Position numbers and translations under genes: made by a program
The notes under the pieces: generated by a model
Databases searched by the model: none
The model's input: the letters and a program-made list of their open reading frames with translations, nothing else
What the model was told of the DNA's origin: nothing
DNA from: Candidatus Latescibacterota bacterium
GTDB lineage: Bacteria > Latescibacterota > UBA2968 > UBA8231
Assembly (NCBI GenBank): GCA_965206595.1
Contig: OZ242214.1
Coordinates: 1,394,986 to 1,458,985 of the forward strand
Direction of reading: 5' to 3'
Length of the DNA stretch: 64,000 bases
Shown here: one piece after another, positions 9,609-19,447 of the stretch
Numbering within the stretch: position 1 is the first letter of the stretch
Layout of the letters: every line of letters begins with the position of its first letter

Positions 9609-10550
9609 ATGGAGCTCGTGAGATATCCAGACAGCCGCATCGAAGTGCTCGACGACCGCTTCGCCCGCTACAAGCTAGCCAACGCCGCCCTCGAGATGCT
9701 GTGGACCGGGGGACGCTGGCTCGAGGGGCCGGTCTGGTTCGGCGACGGTCGCTACCTGCTGTTCAGCGACATCCCCAACGACCGCATCCTCAAGTGGGAG
9801 GAGGAGACCGGGGAGGTGTCCGTTTTCCGCAAGCCCTCCAACAACAGCAACGGCAACACCCGGGACCGTCAGGGCCGCCTGGTCAGCTGCGAGCACCGCA
9901 CCCGCCGGGTCACCCGCACCGGGCACGACGGCACGATCACCGTGCTCATGGACCGCTTCGAGGGGCGGCGGCTGAACGCACCGAACGATATCGTGGTCAA
10001 GTCGGATGGATCGATCTGGTTCACCGACCCGGGGTACGGCATCCTGATGGATTACGAGGGAGGCCGGGCCCCCTTCGAGAACGCCGCCAACGTCTACCGC
10101 CTCGACCAGGAAACCGGAGAGGCGACGGTGGCTGCAGGGGACTTCCGCCGCCCGAACGGCATCTGCTTCAGCCCCGACGAGTCGCTGCTCTACATCGTCG
10201 ACACCGGGCGCTCCGACGGCCCCGAGCACCCGACCCACATCCGCGTCTTCGACGTCGAGGGGGAGCGCCTTGCCAACGGCCGCGTCTTCGCCGACATGGA
10301 GCCGGGCGCCTCGGACGGCATCCGCACGGACCTGGACGGCAACCTGTGGTCGGGGGCCTGTTGGGGGGGAGAGGGGTACGACGGCGTCCACTGCTTCGCC
10401 CCCGACGGCGCCCTGATCGGCAAGGTCCACCTGCCGGCTCCCTGCTCAAACCTCTGCTTCGGCGGCCGCAGGAAGAACCGGCTGTTCATGACCTGCTCGC
10501 AGTCGCTGTTCTCCGTCTACCTCGAGACGAACGGAGCGCAGACTCCGTAG
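9609..10550 (+). CDS. SMP-30/gluconolactonase/LRE-like lactonase
   Basis: Beta-propeller lactonase features (EGPVWFGDGRYLLFSDIPNDRI, NAPNDIVVKSDGSIWFTDP, RPNGICFSPDE). Start set at ATG 9609 (MELVRYPDS), because the ORF track start 9531 would overlap the divergent ThuA gene. Confidence 0.85.
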   Translation: MELVRYPDSRIEVLDDRFARYKLANAALEMLWTGGRWLEGPVWFGDGRYLLFSDIPNDRILKWEEETGEVSVFRKPSNNSNGNTRDRQGRLVSCEHRTRRVTRTGHDGTITVLMDRFEGRRLNAPNDIVVKSDGSIWFTDPGYGILMDYEGGRAPFENAANVYRLDQETGEATVAAGDFRRPNGICFSPDESLLYIVDTGRSDGPEHPTHIRVFDVEGERLANGRVFADMEPGASDGIRTDLDGNLWSGACWGGEGYDGVHCFAPDGALIGKVHLPAPCSNLCFGGRRKNRLFMTCSQSLFSVYLETNGAQTP

Positions 10551-10609
10551 CTCTCCGCCCGGATCCGGGCTCCCCGGTCAACCTGGGACAGCCGCCGGGC
10601 GAGGAGGGC

Positions 10610-12043
10610 TCACTCGATCCAGAAGGAATACAGGCTCGCCCGGTGCAGGTAGAACTTCAGCTGCACCGGTTTTTCGAACACGAGGTCGTGCGGATTCTTC
10701 CAGGCGACCCTGGCGCGGGTCGAGTCGCCGGTGAACGGAGGCGGGCGCTCGGCCGGCACCCAGAAACCGGGGATCGGCCGCCCCGACTCGGCGTCGAGGA
10801 TCTCGGTGTAGATCTCCCCCCAACGCGCGTCGGCGTTGATGTAGACCTCCTCCCCCTTGAGCTCGAACGGCCGCGTCGTGACGACGCCGTTGTCGCTGCC
10901 CTCGAGCGACACGAAGCCGTCGGGCCGCAGCCTGGCCAGCGACAGGGCCCCGCTGTCGGTGAAGTGGCGGGGATCGACCCCCATGCGATGCAGCTCGTCC
11001 AGCTTGTCGCGGCGCTCGTAGTTCTCCAGGGACGTACCCCACCTGAGGCCGTTGTAGTAGCACCAGATCTCGCCGTCGTCGCGGACGACCGGCTGTCCGG
11101 CCATCAGCAGCTGCCCGGTATCGTAGGTTTCCCCGTCGTATGGCTCGACCCCGAGGAAGACGGCGCGGTCGGCGACCCGCTCCCAGTGATGGAGGTCGCG
11201 GGAGACGCTGAGCTCCACCTGGTTGATGCGGTCGAAGTTGGTTGCCGGCGGAGGGTTGGCTCCGAAGGGGTTGAACAGCACCGGGAAGCCGACGTAGAGC
11301 CCCTGGTAGGGGAAGACGGCCATGTTGTAGACCTCGGCGATGTAGTCCTCGCCGTCGACCCCGGCAGGGGTCACGTAGGCCGGATCCTCGACGATTTTGC
11401 GCACCCGCTGCCGGCAGTTCTCGTGGTCGATTTCGTCGGAGTGGAAGATCAGCTTCGGCTCGCTGAACTCCTGAAAGTCGGGGCCGCTCGTCGAAAGGAA
11501 GATCGAGCGCCCCCATTCCGTTCCCTGCTTGACCATCGCCAGGTACTGGCCGCTGTAGGGGTCCCGGGTAAACTGCGACTCGTCGCTGCTGGGGATCGCC
11601 GGGGCGCCGGTCGGCGTCCACCGGAAGCCGTCGGGCGACAGCGCCGGCTGCCGGCCCCAGGCCGCAAGCAGACCCTTGTAGCGCCGCTGCGGATCGGGAT
11701 CTGCGTCGTCCCGCAGGAGGTGGTAGGCCCGCTCGCTGCGGTCGCCGCCCGGGTCAGCGGCGAGGTTGTTCTGCCGCGACCCTTCCCACTCGAACAGGCC
11801 GAGGTCGGGCAAGTCCCAGTGCTCGCCGTCCGCGGAGGTCGCGTAGCGGAGGTGGTCGCCGAAGTACCACCACTCCCATACCTGTTTGCCGGGGTTCCAC
11901 TGCGGCGAGTTGCGGCTCTGCACCCCGCCCGGTATCAGCGGGCCGCACTTCTTCGGCTGGTGCAGGCGCCGGGTTATGCGCTCGCTCGAATGGATGGCGC
12001 CGTCGTCGAGAAAGAGCTGGTGGAACCGCTTCGCCTGGAGCAT
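10610..12043 (-). CDS. Hypothetical cytoplasmic beta-propeller-like protein with Asp-box (BNR-like) motifs; possible glycoside hydrolase
   Basis: 477 aa, no signal peptide; S-x-D-x-G-x-x-W-like motifs (SADGEHWDL, SRDLHHWE); GAGGAG RBS 8 nt upstream of ATG. Confidence 0.6.
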   Translation of the reverse strand: MLQAKRFHQLFLDDGAIHSSERITRRLHQPKKCGPLIPGGVQSRNSPQWNPGKQVWEWWYFGDHLRYATSADGEHWDLPDLGLFEWEGSRQNNLAADPGGDRSERAYHLLRDDADPDPQRRYKGLLAAWGRQPALSPDGFRWTPTGAPAIPSSDESQFTRDPYSGQYLAMVKQGTEWGRSIFLSTSGPDFQEFSEPKLIFHSDEIDHENCRQRVRKIVEDPAYVTPAGVDGEDYIAEVYNMAVFPYQGLYVGFPVLFNPFGANPPPATNFDRINQVELSVSRDLHHWERVADRAVFLGVEPYDGETYDTGQLLMAGQPVVRDDGEIWCYYNGLRWGTSLENYERRDKLDELHRMGVDPRHFTDSGALSLARLRPDGFVSLEGSDNGVVTTRPFELKGEEVYINADARWGEIYTEILDAESGRPIPGFWVPAERPPPFTGDSTRARVAWKNPHDLVFEKPVQLKFYLHRASLYSFWIE

Positions 12044-12283
12044 GGCATTCTCCTCAATGAAGGGGAGGCGGCCGTCTGGTTCACGCGGCCGCCTTGCAGG
12101 GAGCGCGGCAGGTTGTGCGCAGGTCGACGGGAGATCTTCTCAAGGCGATACCAAAGGCTGGTGTCACGGGAACGACCGGGTTCGGGAAGGGTCGAGGCCT
12201 CCCTTGACGATTCGCTTTCCGCAGCGGGAGATCGGGGCAGGAACGGAAGCCTCGAGCTCCGGGGCGGGAAATGGGCCTCCTCC

Positions 12284-12709
12284 TCAATGCGGCTCCGAAC
12301 CGGTGGTCCTCTCCGGCGATGTGCAGCTCTCCGCCTTGGCCAGGGCCTCGAGCCGGGCGGCGATGCCTGCGGCCAGCCCTCCCGGTTTCACGCCGACGAC
12401 CGACAGGTCGCCGCGCCCTGCTGCCGCGGTGAGACTGGAGAGATCCGCCACCCGGAAGAGCCGCGTTCCCGTCCGCCGCCGCCGTCCGAGTTCTCTCCAG
12501 GTGCCGGCGGCCAGGTCCGTAGAAGCGAACAGGCAGGCGAGCTGACGGACGCGCCGCACCGCGGACAGGCCCATCACCGTGTCCCCGGACTGGCAGCCGA
12601 TGCCTATCAGGCGGGATATCGCCGCGACCGCAGCTTCGTCGAGCAACTCGGCCTCGACGGAGGGGGCTGGCCTTTCCTTGTCCCGCTGATTTCGTTTTGA
12701 GGACCCCAC
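12284..12709 (-). CDS. Possible L7Ae/YlxQ-like RNA-binding protein (start uncertain)
   Basis: Core LIGIGCQSGDTVMGLSAVRR ... LACLFASTDLAAGT ... GVKPGGLAAGI resembles the L7Ae/YlxQ fold pattern; first codon is GTG without a clear RBS; an internal TTG (~12649) has GAGG upstream. Confidence 0.3.
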   Translation of the reverse strand: MGSSKRNQRDKERPAPSVEAELLDEAAVAAISRLIGIGCQSGDTVMGLSAVRRVRQLACLFASTDLAAGTWRELGRRRRTGTRLFRVADLSSLTAAAGRGDLSVVGVKPGGLAAGIAARLEALAKAESCTSPERTTGSEPH

Positions 12710-12869
12710 GGCCCGAACCTATCATCCACGCAAGCGCACCGCCAGGGGTGCCCCCCGCGGGTTCGAGCAGGCAAGCGGGTTCAAACTGGGACTCCACTTT
12801 CTCCCGGTAAAACGGATCCGGACTATTCACGAAAGGGCTCTCCATGTCCGTCGATAGACCCAGCCGCCC

Positions 12870-13884
12870 TAGTGTCCTGTCGTATAATTAACTGTACAAA
12901 CAATTGAAGGTGCCGTAGGTTTCTCTTATCCCCCTTCTGAAAGGAGAGACCTATGGTGACGGGGCGTCCATTACCGCCGTTAGAGCTGAGTCCGTCGGAC
13001 CGGGAACGATTGGAATCGATGGCCAAATCCCGGAGCCTTTCCCACGGGTTGGTGCGGCGAGCCGAGATTAGTCTGCTGGCCGCAGAAGGCGGGCCCAATG
13101 AAGCCGTCGCCGCCGCCGTGGGTGTGACGCGTGCTACGGCTTTCTCGAAAACGGGCAAGTGGCGCCGGCGCTTTCTCGAAAACGGGCTCCAGGGCTTGCA
13201 TATGGTTTGCAGCCCCATCGACACAAGCACTTCACGCTTTCCACCGATCCTTTCTTTGTCGACAAAGTACGGGATATCGTCGGCTTATACCTGAATCCCC
13301 CCGAGCACGCCCTGGTGCTGTGCGTCGACGAGAAGAGCCGGATCCAGGCGTTGGAACGAAGTCAGCCCATGCTGCCCCTGGGACTGGGATACGTGGAAGG
13401 GATTACGCACGATTACAAGCGCCATGGCACCACCACCCTGTTTGCCGCCTTGGACGTAGCCACCGGGGAAGTGATGACCCAGTGCAAGCCCCGTCATCGT
13501 CACCAGGAGTTCCTTCAGTTCCTGCGCCACATCGAGGCCCACGTCCCCGCTGACCTCGATATTCATCTCGTCGTCGACAACTACGCCACGCATAAGCATG
13601 CCAAGGTCAAGCGATGGTTGGCACGGCGTCCCCGATTTCACGTTCACTACACCCCCACCTATGCTTCGTGGCTCAATCAGGTGGAGATCTGGTTCAATAT
13701 CCTTACCCGCCAGGCGGTTCGCCGGGACTCGTTCCGCAAGGTGTCGGAGCTCATCGAGCGCATCGAACGCTACACGGCCAAATGGAACGCCAACGCACAC
13801 CCTTTCGTGTGGACGGCTACGGCCGATTCCATCCTCGCGAAAATCAAGAGACTTTGCGAACGAATCTCTGCGACACAACACTAG
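12870..13884 (+). mobile_element. IS630/Tc1-mariner-family insertion sequence, copy 1 (degenerate)
   Basis: Ends shared with copy 2 begin right after a TA on each side (TA|GTGTCCTGTCG ... CGACACAACAC|TA); imperfect 11-bp terminal inverted repeats; about 157 bp shorter than copy 2. Confidence 0.8.
12953..13884 (+). pseudogene. IS630-family DDE transposase, copy 1, inactivated by ~170-bp internal deletion plus a 12-15-bp duplication
   Basis: Split into ORFs 12953..13294 and 13159..13884; relative to copy 2 the segment encoding [16 protein letters not shown]...HRIWRTYGL is missing and CTTTCTCGAAAACGG is duplicated; otherwise near-identical at DNA level. Confidence 0.8.
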
Positions 13885-15768
13885 CCTGTCGAGTCTCCGC
13901 AGGGAGGCGAAATCCCTGCTCGACCGGGCGCGGCGCAAAGAGCATGAAGCGTTGGCCCTCATTGGCGAGCACCACCCGGACCCGGGAGAGTTCAGCACCT
14001 ATCGCGACGCCTTGCTGGTGGTCGCCCGCAAACAGGGGCATGCCGGGTGGGGGGAGTTGCAGCGGGCTTTCGAGGAGGAGGCCGGAGCCTCGGGAAAGCT
14101 CGAAGAACGGGCCGATCTGTTCGCCGAGCTCGCCTGCCTTTCGTATCGCGGCGACGACCACGTCAGCCGCCGAGAGCGCGCCGCCCGCATGCTGGGCGAA
14201 ACTCCTGGGATTTCCAGGGTGAGCCCCTGGGCAGCCGCGGCCGCTTCCGATGTCGAAGCTCTTGGGCAGCTGATCGGGGATGGGGAAAGCGCGGTCGTCC
14301 CCGGCGGGCGGCGCGACTGGCCGCCCCTCCTCTACCTCTGCTTCAGCCGGGTTCCGGATGCCCGGCCGGGGGGCGACGCCCTGGCCGCGGCGGAATTTCT
14401 GCTCGCCGCCGGCGCCCCCGGCGACACCAGCGTCGGCCCGGAGGAACGGGGGGGCTGGAGCTGGTCGGCCCTGACAGGGGTCATGGGGGAAGGGGAGCAT
14501 GGCCTCCTGCAGCAGCCCCCCCACCCGCGGGCCCGCGAGCTGGCGGAGGTGCTGCTCGACGCCGGGGCCGACCCCAACGACTCCCAGGGGCTCTACAACA
14601 CCATGTTCACCCCGGACAACGAGTGGCTCGATCTGCTCCTGTCACGCGGTCTGCAGGCCTCCGCAGTGGTCTATCCCTCCCACGACCCGCCGCTGAGAAC
14701 CCTCGACTACCAATTGTGCTCGGCGGTGAAGAGGGGGGTGGCCGAACGGGTGTCCCTGCTGCTGGGGCACGGCGCCGACGTGGCGGCACCCGATATGTAC
14801 AACGGCCGCTCGAACTACGAGAACGCCGTTCTCGGAGGCTTCCCGGAGATCGCGGAAATGCTGGCCCAGCACGGCGCCGAGGTTGTCGAGCTGTCCCTGG
14901 AGGACCGCTTCACCGCGGCGGTGATGAGCGGCGACGAGAGCAGGGCGAGACAGCTGCTTGAAGAAGCTCCCCGCATGATCGAGAACCCCGAGCTGCTCCA
15001 GGAAGCGGTCACCAATACCGCGGCGACGCGCCTGCTTCTCGACCTCGGGGCCGATCCCGACGCCCCGAACGAGAGGGGACGCGTCCCCCTGCACTGGGCC
15101 GCCTGGGAGAACAGCGGCGAGGTCGTCCGCCTGCTGCTGGCTCGCGGGGCGAACGGCGAGATCCGGGAGCGGGACCACGACGCCACCCCGGTCGGCTTCG
15201 CCAATCACGCCGGCCACTTCGAGCTTCGCGGCCTGCTGCTCGATCACAGCAGGGACGTGTTCGACCTGACCGCCTACGGAAGGGCGGGGCAGCTCGCCGC
15301 GGTCCTGGAATCCGACCCGGACCTGGCGAATGCCCGCCTCGTGGGAGGGCACACCCCGGTTCACGGCGTTGCGGCAGGCCCCGAAGGGGAACAGGTGCTC
15401 GACCTCCTGCTCGCCCACGGCGCCGACATCGACGCCCCTGCAGCCGACGGCACGACTCCGCTGTCCGCGGCGCTCGAGCGCGGGGACGAGGAGCTGGCAG
15501 CCCTTCTGAGGGCGCGCGGCGCCAGGGAACCCGAGGGGGACTGAGGCTCCCGGCGTTCCGGTTCGCCGCCGCAAAACCGACCATCCTGCCGGTTCCTCCA
15601 CTGACCCACCCGGGAGATCGGGTGCATTCGGCCGGGGCAACGAGGTGCCCCCCGGCGGTGAAGCAGCTGTCCGCCGCTTGTTCCGGGTCACCTGTTTGCC
15701 TATTAACGTGTCCGGCAGGCCTCGCCGCGGCGGGGCCGGGAGACCCAGGAGACACGCGGAGAATAGCG

Positions 15769-16644
15769 ATGGCCAAACGCGACCTGAACTTCGATCCCGA
15801 AGAGGGGATCGGCTTCATGAACATCGACGAGACCGACTACGGCGCCATGACCCTGGGGGAGAAGATGCGCCACCTCGAGGTCGAGGGGTACGTCGTCCTT
15901 CCCGGCGTTCTCGACGCCGATCGCATGGACCGCATCAAGCAGGAGATGGCGGACGCGCCGATGGGGACCAAGGACTACAGCGACTGCCAGACCTACCACC
16001 GCGAGCCGCAGTGGTACAGCCCGGCCCTGGCGGAAGCGATCGCCAATCCGCCCGTGGTCGAGTTCCTCGAGGCCCTCTGCGGCGAGGAGATCGTCTTCAC
16101 CCGCGGGCTGTTCACGCGCACCCTGTCCGGGTCCCCACCGATCTCCCTGCACACCGACGGGCAGCCGTTCGGCTCCTCGATCTTCGGGTACGAGGGCAGC
16201 TCGCCGAAGCTGCTGCGGGTGCTCTACTACCTCGACGACCTCACCCCCGAGCGGGCCCCCCTGCGCGTGCTGCCGCGATCCCACCTCTCCTTTCACGCCG
16301 ATGCCAACCCGTACGTGCGTTACAAGTCGCACCCGGGAGAGGTGACCCTTTGCGCAAAGGCGGGGACCGCGGTCGTATTTCCGGTCAACATCTTCCACGG
16401 CACCCACCCCAACCGGTCGGATGCGCTGCGCACCCTGGTGCAGCTGGGGTACCGTCCGGCCTGGGCGGGCCCGATTCAGCCGATGGAGGATTGGGACCCC
16501 GAGCTGGTCGCCGCCGCCCCGGCCGTGGCGCGCCGCTTCCTGCAGAGCCTCAACACCTCCGGGGTCGACTGGGAGCAGCCGCACAAGCCGGCGGGGATGA
16601 GGGCGGACGCGCCGGCGATCGCCCCGGAACGCTGGGAACAATGA
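15769..16644 (+). CDS. PhyH-family Fe(II)/2OG dioxygenase
   Basis: H-x-D (SLHTDGQ), distal His (FHGTHPNRSD), Arg. Start at ATG 15769 (MAKRDLNFDPEE) with GGAG RBS; the ORF track extension from 15622 is not credited. Confidence 0.85.
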   Translation: MAKRDLNFDPEEGIGFMNIDETDYGAMTLGEKMRHLEVEGYVVLPGVLDADRMDRIKQEMADAPMGTKDYSDCQTYHREPQWYSPALAEAIANPPVVEFLEALCGEEIVFTRGLFTRTLSGSPPISLHTDGQPFGSSIFGYEGSSPKLLRVLYYLDDLTPERAPLRVLPRSHLSFHADANPYVRYKSHPGEVTLCAKAGTAVVFPVNIFHGTHPNRSDALRTLVQLGYRPAWAGPIQPMEDWDPELVAAAPAVARRFLQSLNTSGVDWEQPHKPAGMRADAPAIAPERWEQ

Positions 16645-17693
16645 GCCGTCCGAGCCTGCTGCTGGCTTGCAGCAGGGAGGTGCGCGCGGGATGCCTCGCC
16701 CCTGCCGACATCGAGCGGCTCCAACGGTTCGCCGACTGGTCCTGGTTCGAGTGCGAAGGGGGAGGCATCGAGTCGACCAACGAGGACCCCGCCACCGCCG
16801 ACGAACTGATAGCGCAGGTCGGGGACAAGGACGGCCTGATCGTCTGCCACGGATCTCCGACCGTCGACGGCCGCGTCCTCGACGCCGCTCCGAAGCTGCG
16901 CATCGTCGGCGAGCTCGAGGGAGACCGCTTCGCCAGCCGTCTCGATCTCGAGGCCCTGTGGAGGCGCGGGGTGCGTACCGTCGACACCAACAACGCCGCC
17001 TCCTACCCGGTGGCGGACTGGGCCCTTGCCCTGATGCTGATAGCGGTCCGCAACGGCAGCCACCATTACCGCCGCATGATCTCCGGAGAGACAGTAGCCG
17101 ACGCCGCGGTCCTGGAGACCGGGGCCGGCACCCTGATCAACAGGGAGATCGGCCTGATCGGGTGCGGCCACATGGGCCGCCGGCTGATCAGGCTGCTGCA
17201 GCCGTTCGAGCCGGCGCGGATCTGGGTGCACGACCCCTACCTGCCGCGCGAAATGGCCGAGGCCGTGGGGTTCGTGCAGACGTCGCTCGAGCACGTTCTC
17301 GGCCACTGCGACGTCATCGTCTGCCTGGCGCCGCTCACTCCGAGGACGCGGCGCATGGTCGGCCGTGCCGAGCTCGACCTGATCCGGCCGGGGTGCACCT
17401 TCGTCAACGTGTCGCGCGGGCCGATCGTCGATCCGCAGGCCCTGATCGAGCGGCTGAAGAGAGGGGACATCACCGCGGGGCTCGACGTCTTCGATCCGGA
17501 GCCGGTCCCCCCCGACAACGAGATCCTCGAGCTGCCGAACGTGTTCCTGAGCCCGCACATCGGCTGGTACGGTCCCGCGGTGAAGCAGCAGTATTTCACC
17601 CTGATGGTCGATGAGCTCAAGCGCTTCTTCGGCGGCCACGAGACCTGGTTCGACCTGACGCCGCGCTCCCGCGACAACCGCCGGGGCGCCTGA
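16641..17693 (+). CDS. D-isomer-specific 2-hydroxyacid dehydrogenase family (NAD-binding)
   Basis: ATG 16641 overlaps the PhyH stop (ATGA); Rossmann motif GLIGCGHMGRRL; family-typical segments (CLAPLTPRTRRMV, TFVNVSRGPIVD); lies inside long ORF 15645..17693, whose upstream part is not credited. Confidence 0.85.
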   Translation: MSRPSLLLACSREVRAGCLAPADIERLQRFADWSWFECEGGGIESTNEDPATADELIAQVGDKDGLIVCHGSPTVDGRVLDAAPKLRIVGELEGDRFASRLDLEALWRRGVRTVDTNNAASYPVADWALALMLIAVRNGSHHYRRMISGETVADAAVLETGAGTLINREIGLIGCGHMGRRLIRLLQPFEPARIWVHDPYLPREMAEAVGFVQTSLEHVLGHCDVIVCLAPLTPRTRRMVGRAELDLIRPGCTFVNVSRGPIVDPQALIERLKRGDITAGLDVFDPEPVPPDNEILELPNVFLSPHIGWYGPAVKQQYFTLMVDELKRFFGGHETWFDLTPRSRDNRRGA

Positions 17694-17796
17694 TGGGGAT
17701 GGGGATTCTGTTGAAGCTACGTGCAGCAGCCGGGATGCCCGGCCATCGACCGGGGCGACAGCCCGCCTGCGGGGCAGCTCTCCGGGGAGGCCGGCC

Positions 17797-18594
17797 ATGA
17801 GGGGGCCGCGGCTGCCGTACCGGTACGACCACTACACCTGGCCGGAGCTGCGCGACCTCGTGGCGCGGCAGCCGGCGGTGGTGCTGCCGGTCGGCTCGAC
17901 CGAGGACCACGGCCACCACCTGCCGCTCGACGTCGACACCTTCGTCGTCAGCGAGGTCTGCGAGGCCGCGGCGAAACGCATCCCAGACGAAGTGCTGCTG
18001 CTGCCGGCCCTGCCGTACGGCTTCGAGGACCACCACATGGATTTCCCCGGCACCATCACCGTGACGGACGAGCACCTGCTGCATTTCGTCCTCGACATCA
18101 CCCGCAGCGTCGCCCACCACGGCTTCCGCAAGATCCTGATCGTCAACGGCCATGGCTCCAACAGCCCGATCCTCGAGCTGGCGGCGCGGCGCACGGTGAT
18201 AGAGACCGAGGCGCACTGCGGGCTGCTGATGGGGGGCTCGGCCGAGGCCGAGAAGGTGCGCGAGTCCGAGGTGCTGTCGCACGCCGACGAGATCGAAACC
18301 TCGGTGTACCTGCATCTCAACGAGGAGGCGGTGCAGATGGACAAGGCGGCCCGCGACGAGAAGATGCCGGTGGGGCGCTACTACTGGCGCGGCTCCCTGA
18401 AGGGGAAGGGGGCCTCGCCGCTGAAGATGATGGACCACTGGTCGCGGGTCTCCGAAACCGGGGTGATCGGGGACGCCACCCTGGCGACGCGGCAAAAGGG
18501 GGAGCGCGTGTTCGCGGCGGCCGCGGCGCAGCTGGCCGAAATCATCCGGGAGTTCCGCGGTCTCCCGATCGCTGAACGCGTCGACCACCACTGA
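17797..18594 (+). CDS. Creatininase-family (creatinine amidohydrolase-like) metal-dependent amidohydrolase
   Basis: VVLPVGSTEDHGHHLPLDVDT motif and later HGSNSP; GGGGAGG RBS 8 nt upstream of ATG. Confidence 0.85.
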   Translation: MRGPRLPYRYDHYTWPELRDLVARQPAVVLPVGSTEDHGHHLPLDVDTFVVSEVCEAAAKRIPDEVLLLPALPYGFEDHHMDFPGTITVTDEHLLHFVLDITRSVAHHGFRKILIVNGHGSNSPILELAARRTVIETEAHCGLLMGGSAEAEKVRESEVLSHADEIETSVYLHLNEEAVQMDKAARDEKMPVGRYYWRGSLKGKGASPLKMMDHWSRVSETGVIGDATLATRQKGERVFAAAAAQLAEIIREFRGLPIAERVDHH

Positions 18595-18599
18595 TTCCG

Positions 18600-19424
18600 A
18601 TGACGGCTGCTTCACAATGGGAGCCGGTGGAAGCCGGCCGCGGAGAGATTCTCAAGGCCCACGAGCGCCCGCTGGAGCTGCTGGGGCGCGGCGAGGTCCC
18701 TGCCCTGGTTATGCGCCGGGCTTTTGATCCCGCCCACTGCGCCGCCCTCGTCGAGCGCTTCTACGAGCGCCGCCTTTTCTACGACCCGCGGGGCGAGGGG
18801 GAGGCGGTCTCCCGCGTCGACGTCGGGACCAGCCTCGGGCGCCACCGCGGCGACCCCGAGGGGTTCTTCGCCCACGCCCGTCAGACCCAGGACCTCTTCG
18901 AGACCCTTTTCGAGGGGTACGACGATCCGGTCGCCTTCATCTACGAGACCCTGTCGGCGCTCGCCCCCGGAAAGCGGGTCATGGTCGCCCGCGAGCCGGA
19001 CGGCCGTCAGTACGGCCCGGCGATCTTCCGCACCTACTACGAGGGGGTGGGGCACACCCCGCACTTCGACTCCGCCCGCAAGCGGTCGAAGCTGTTCGAC
19101 CTGCAGGTGTCGCGGTTCGAGAAGCAGTTCGCCGCGGTGTTGTGCTTCCAGAACGCCCTCGATGACGAGGAGGGTGGCCACGCCTTCCTCTACCGGCGCC
19201 AGTGGTCGGAGGAACTGACCGAGGAGCTGCCCCGTTTCCGGGAGTACGCGGCCGGGCACGGGATCGAGCGGGTTCGGATCGATCTGCAGCCGGGGGACTT
19301 CTACATCTTCTGCTCCGAGACGATCCACGAGGTGCCGCCGCCGAAAGGGGATCGGCCCCGCATCGTCCTGGCCAGCTTCTTCGCGATGTCCCCGGAGGAC
19401 GACGAGATCTACGTCTGGTCCTGA
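18600..19424 (+). CDS. Putative Fe(II)/2-oxoglutarate oxygenase-like protein (family unassigned)
   Basis: 274 aa; candidate facial triad GVGHTPHFDS (H-x-D), distal His in IFCSETIHEV, Arg in RPRIVLASFF; ATG only 5 nt after the creatininase stop. Confidence 0.55.
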   Translation: MTAASQWEPVEAGRGEILKAHERPLELLGRGEVPALVMRRAFDPAHCAALVERFYERRLFYDPRGEGEAVSRVDVGTSLGRHRGDPEGFFAHARQTQDLFETLFEGYDDPVAFIYETLSALAPGKRVMVAREPDGRQYGPAIFRTYYEGVGHTPHFDSARKRSKLFDLQVSRFEKQFAAVLCFQNALDDEEGGHAFLYRRQWSEELTEELPRFREYAAGHGIERVRIDLQPGDFYIFCSETIHEVPPPKGDRPRIVLASFFAMSPEDDEIYVWS

Positions 19425-19447
19425 GCTTTTCCGGAAAACCGCCGGGC

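Larger units (their letters stand above)
12844..15544 (+). pseudogene. Ankyrin-repeat protein gene interrupted by an IS630-family insertion (codons 1-9 at 12844-12870, remainder 13883-15544)
   Basis: ATG 12844 with GAAAGGG RBS gives MSVDRPSRP, then the IS; removing the IS and one TA joins in frame to SLSSLRREAKSLLDRARRKEHEAL... which continues with ankyrin-like repeats (LLDAGADPN, LLLGHGADVAAPD, LLLDLGADPDAPNERGRVPLHWAA, LLLAHGADIDAPAADGTTPL). Confidence 0.7.

Noticed and set aside
9701-12700. 999-aa ORF on the plus strand
   Set aside because: Low-complexity Arg/Pro/Gly-rich translation overlapping two well-supported genes on both strands; a typical spurious open frame in high-GC DNA. The same applies to 18612..20324 (-), 19202..21160 (+), 22423..24150 (-), 52389..53849 (+) and 59447..60688 (-).
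12081-12845. 254-aa ORF on the minus strand upstream of the ankyrin gene
   Set aside because: Arg/Gly/Pro-rich low-complexity translation overlapping the more plausible L7Ae-like ORF; no start context.
15645-17693. 682-aa ORF as a single gene
   Set aside because: Only the part from ATG 16641 looks protein-like (2-hydroxyacid dehydrogenase); the upstream part overlaps the PhyH gene in another frame and is Arg/Pro-rich.
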